The position numbers and the translations under genes were made by a program. The notes under the pieces were generated by a model. It was not told where the DNA came from. It did no database searches and saw nothing but the letters and a program-made list of their open reading frames with translations. A DNA stretch of 64,000 nucleotides from Perna viridis (taxonomy: Eukaryota), in assembly GCA_037379345.1 (NCBI GenBank), contig CM074511.1, positions 50,226,862 to 50,290,861 of the forward strand, in the 5' to 3' direction. Numbering within the stretch: the stretch's first letter is position 1; each line of letters begins with the position of its first letter. This document shows positions 60,064-64,000 of the stretch, piece by piece.

Positions 60064-62471
60064 GCCAATCCGGGTATATGGCAATGTTCATACGTATGTA
60101 CATAAATGTTTAGAATGTTATTCTTTGTCAGTTTGAACTAGGGAATCCTTTGAAGTTTTAGGGTGCATCACCATGTCAGTGGTGAATTATTTTTAATATA
60201 CCTTGAGTGGGATGTGTAAGACAAACTAAGTATTCTGTGCGAGTCAAAATAAGCTGTATCAGGCATTAATGTTACAATACGTTTGATTTCTCTCTCACTT
60301 TCACACATAAGGTGAAAACAAATTGGAAGGCTGTTTTTCTTAACTCTGGTTTATGCTTTGCAAATTTAAATATAACGTTGAGTGGATGTATCGGCAACAT
60401 TTTGAATACTTGGTCACTTGTTGCTGACATATGGCAAAATCTTCCTTGGTGAGCCATTATTCAGAAAGGACGAAATTTGTGGTCGATATGACCTGCTATG
60501 GGTCATTTTTGATAGTGGGTGAAATTCATTTTTGTAGGTGTGGTCTACATTATTTTTTTTAACCTCTCATTCAAATGTACCAATAAAATGCTCTGCCACG
60601 CGTATCTATCTACAACAAAAAACAACCATAACGTAATATCAACATATCAATAATTTAATACAAAATATTCATGAAAATGGATTGTGTAAAATGCTTCACA
60701 GCATGCACCAGAATATAACTGCAAATATTGAAACCTGTAAGACTGGACAAATGTGGACAACATTACCCGTGCTTGAAGTAGCTTATGCCTCCTAAACAGC
60801 TCCATGAGGGGCAGTAATATTTTACTAATTATTTTAAAGATCCCACCTGTCAGTATTCCAGTAAAATTTACAATAATAGCCTTAATGATTTTAGTGGAGT
60901 TGAACTGTAAAAAGAAGACAAAAAATGGCATAAAGGCACAAAGAAAACTGAAAATCTTTCAATTGAATCAGATTAAATACATAATGCAAGTACATTTTAC
61001 ACATTCTACTTGAATTTCTTGTTACCATCAGCTTAGGACTGAGAAAACTTTTTAAAATGTAAGGACAACTGTTGCAGTGATAAATAAGCTCATATAGACC
61101 AACGACATAAGTAGGCTAAAAACTCATCTTTACAAAAAAGAAACACAGAACAAATTGTTTTCTTCTTAAGTATAACAGTACATGTTAGTATGTACAATAA
61201 AATTTTTTAGCATTAATGTACAAATAAAATTATGTTTCTATGTACATGTCATACATATATATATATATATTTACAAGTTCTTTAACTGAAATACATAAAG
61301 TATTGACAAATTGATGATAGTCTAGACACTAATGATTAGTAATAAACAAGTATTTGTTTATATTGTAATCCAAATCCTACACTTTTAATCCAGTTGGTGC
61401 CATCATCTTGAGGCATTTCATGGAGAATATCATAAAGAAATCAATCACCTTGTTTGGAAGTAAAGGAATTGAATGTTATAAAAATACAATAATATATAGT
61501 TTCATAGAATGTGATAAAAACAAAATCATATGCATCATCTTTGGTACTTTCCAGAAGATTTTTAAAAATATATTTACCTTAATTTAATACTATATCCAGA
61601 TACATGCTGAATCGAAAACACCCAAAAAGTTTTAAGTGTAACAAAATCTCAAACTTGTATCAAGAAAAATAATCAGATCTTCCCTTCTAATATGCCATGG
61701 AATGAGAGTTGGACGGATTTAATAAATGCTATTTTTTCTGTATCTGATTAGATCTCACATTTTTGCCCATTTTTAACAAACTAATGTAAACAAATTAAAA
61801 TTTGCAGTTGCCAGTTTTTATGAACTCAGTCAAGTGAATAAATTTGCAGGTATTAATTTTCACAGCTTCGAACAAATAATCAGTGTAATAATATATAGTG
61901 TTAAAATCAATTTGCTGCATACTATTTTTCAGGCTTTTCTGTCCACCCCTAAAATAAGGAATTTAATTCACTGCTAAAATTTATACCTAAACAGTATTTT
62001 ACCAGTACTTATCATATGCTACCACAATTGGAACAACTGTATTTCCTCATAGCACTGTTTCATGTGATAGTAAAGTATAACATTACTTGTGTACGATACT
62101 CGTTCTGTCATGATAGACTGTAGTCTAGTATTTAAGATATTGGTATTTGTTTTAGTTTTTTTTTCATAAAATTATATCATTTATGAAACAGATTCTGTTA
62201 AAATGCATTTGAATATGTACACAAGAATATTCATCATTTTTAGAATACTAATTTCATCGTAGAATGTGTTGATTACATAAAACTTCCATCTCTCAAACCC
62301 TTCATTAGTAATAATAATTCAATAACTCACTCCCTAAAAATCTCTAACAGTTTAAAATTTTCCAATTTAGCTGTAGCAATATCTAACAATATTAAAGTAA
62401 TCCATTCTAAGATAGACTGACGTAACTTGATTACAAACAAATAATACAGTGAGAAATCACAAAGAGGTTAT

Positions 62472-62576
62472 TCAATCTGTCGGCTGAATCTGTAACGTAA
62501 TTTTCTGCTGATTGTCCAAACACTCACGCAATTTATTTTCCGTCATTGTCAATCTCTGTTCCAGTAAAGATACAGT
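62472..62576 (-). CDS. POC1: POC1 centriolar protein, last coding exon (C-terminal coiled coil); the rest of the gene lies to the right of the window
   Basis: Acceptor TTTTTTCAG followed by [34 protein letters not shown]. This matches the conserved POC1 motif TVSILEQRLTLTEDKLK.CLENQQ. Confidence 0.9.
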   Translation of the reverse strand, partial: TVSLLEQRLTMTENKLRECLDNQQKITLQIQPTD

Positions 62577-63294
62577 CTGAAAAAATAAATTATTCCTCAG
62601 ACATTCAGTCAGCAACATACCAACATGACAAACATTAATTAAAATAACTATGAGATTGAACAGGTTTTAAGAGTGCTCAACAAGTCACATTCTCACAAAT
62701 GTATACAGAATAACCAAGCGTAAATATCTGTCGTGTCCTATAAATAGAGATGTTTTGGTCTTGCTGTGTTTTGTTTTATTTCACCCCTCACTAGAAAGTG
62801 CTAAAATTAAACACACTAAAATATAAGGTATGTGACTGACAGCCAATATGTATCAGTAGGTGTGGACAAGTTTAGTGTTGTTATGTGTGTCAGACTTAGA
62901 TACTAACTGTTACAGATTTTAAATTAAGACATCACAGAACACAGTATGATACAACCGCAGCATGTCACACTCTGTTCACTTCGGGCAAGTATGGTCACAA
63001 CATTAGTTTTTGACACATTTAAGCATAGGGACTTACAGCCTATCATGGACAAAACAACTAGATGATACCATCATACAACAGAATTTTTTTTCACTCGTAT
63101 AAAAAGTTGATATTTTGGGGGGCATGGCCCCCTTTTGCCCCTAAAAAGTCAAACACCATAATAGAAAAGACATCTAATTAAAATATGGAGGCAGGTACTT
63201 CCATGAGTATTTAAAAAATAAAAAATAATTTAAAACTCAGACTAAACATTTTAAAAATTTAATTTTTTTTAGGGGTGGTCCCCTTTGGCCCCAT

Positions 63295-64000
63295 TAGTAC
63301 ATGGGCTGAGATAACCCCCCGTGCTCCTCCCCCTCATCAAAATCCTTTTTTCAAAATTAATTTTGGTGGTTTAATTATGTAGAAAATTAAATTATTTATC
63401 GAATGATACCAAATTTCAGATGTTATAGTTGAGTAATAACTTGTAGAGTCAAATTTATTCGACTTTTGACCGAAAAATCGAAAATCCCATTTTTTGCATT
63501 TTTTGATAAATTCTGACTACAAAATTCGCCAAAATTCATCCCAAGAACCCCAGAAGTATAATTTGTGATAATACTAAACAGAAAATACCAAATAAGCCAT
63601 TTTTTACTGAAGCATTCATACTCTAGGGGTTTTGACATATAAAAATATTTCAATTTAAGCAATTTTTCGGCGGGGTAGGGGTACATTTTTTCATTTTACT
63701 GCAAAATGTGAAGTGTTACCGCAACTTTCTTGATCTCATTGTAAAGCTGAGACATTGGGCTATATGATGATACCAAATGTGTTTAGCCAGGAAGGCTTAG
63801 ACTTTCAAACAATTGAGTCATAAAAATCTTGGCTTTTTGACCCAGTGGTGTACAAATATAGGCTTATACTGAAAAAGAATAAGAGAATATTCTATGGCGA
63901 CAAATTGATTCGGCAATGGGAGGTATAAAGGTACCTAAAAATCACCATGAAGTTGATGAATGGGGGGGGGGGGGTGCACAGTGGACCCTCCCAGCCCATG
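63295..64000 (+). mobile_element. Short internally deleted copy of the Academ-like family (right terminus just beyond the window)
   Basis: Left end is TAGTACATGGGCTGAGA and the window ends in CCCTCCCAGCCCATG. The body is homologous to 57930-58300 and 42400-42779. Confidence 0.75.

Overview
AT-rich, intron-rich animal genomic DNA, most consistent with a bivalve mollusc (inferred from the repeat families, not proven). Most entries in the ORF track are spurious. By joining GT-AG exons by hand I reconstructed these genes, all on the minus strand: (1) two tandem SSUH2-like genes with DnaJ-type CxxCxGxG zinc fingers and identical 13-exon structure, one complete (393 aa, ending in the CaaX box CTIL) and one running off the left edge; (2) a 739-aa orphan protein with a single coding exon; (3) a 3-exon Golgi carbohydrate sulfotransferase (CHST8-14/Sulfotransfer_2 type); (4) a possibly pseudogenised secreted-protein locus; (5) a 4-exon rolling stone-like membrane protein; (6) the last exon of POC1. 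Introns and intergenic DNA are dense with non-autonomous elements: TTAA-type MITEs, CAG-terminal mini-elements, Helentron-associated HINEs with internal satellite-like arrays, an Academ-like fold-back family, Penelope-like and CR1/L2-like fragments, and tRNA-derived SINE pieces. The most striking structure is a young composite DNA element at 40643-42152: two ~461-bp direct repeats, each with its own perfect 18-bp inverted ends, around a 587-bp non-coding core, with a TAA duplication only at the outer ends. This matches the KolobokP architecture. It sits inside a HINE that is itself inside an Academ-like element. Two 467-bp solo units of a second family of similar design lie at 14468 and 52547.
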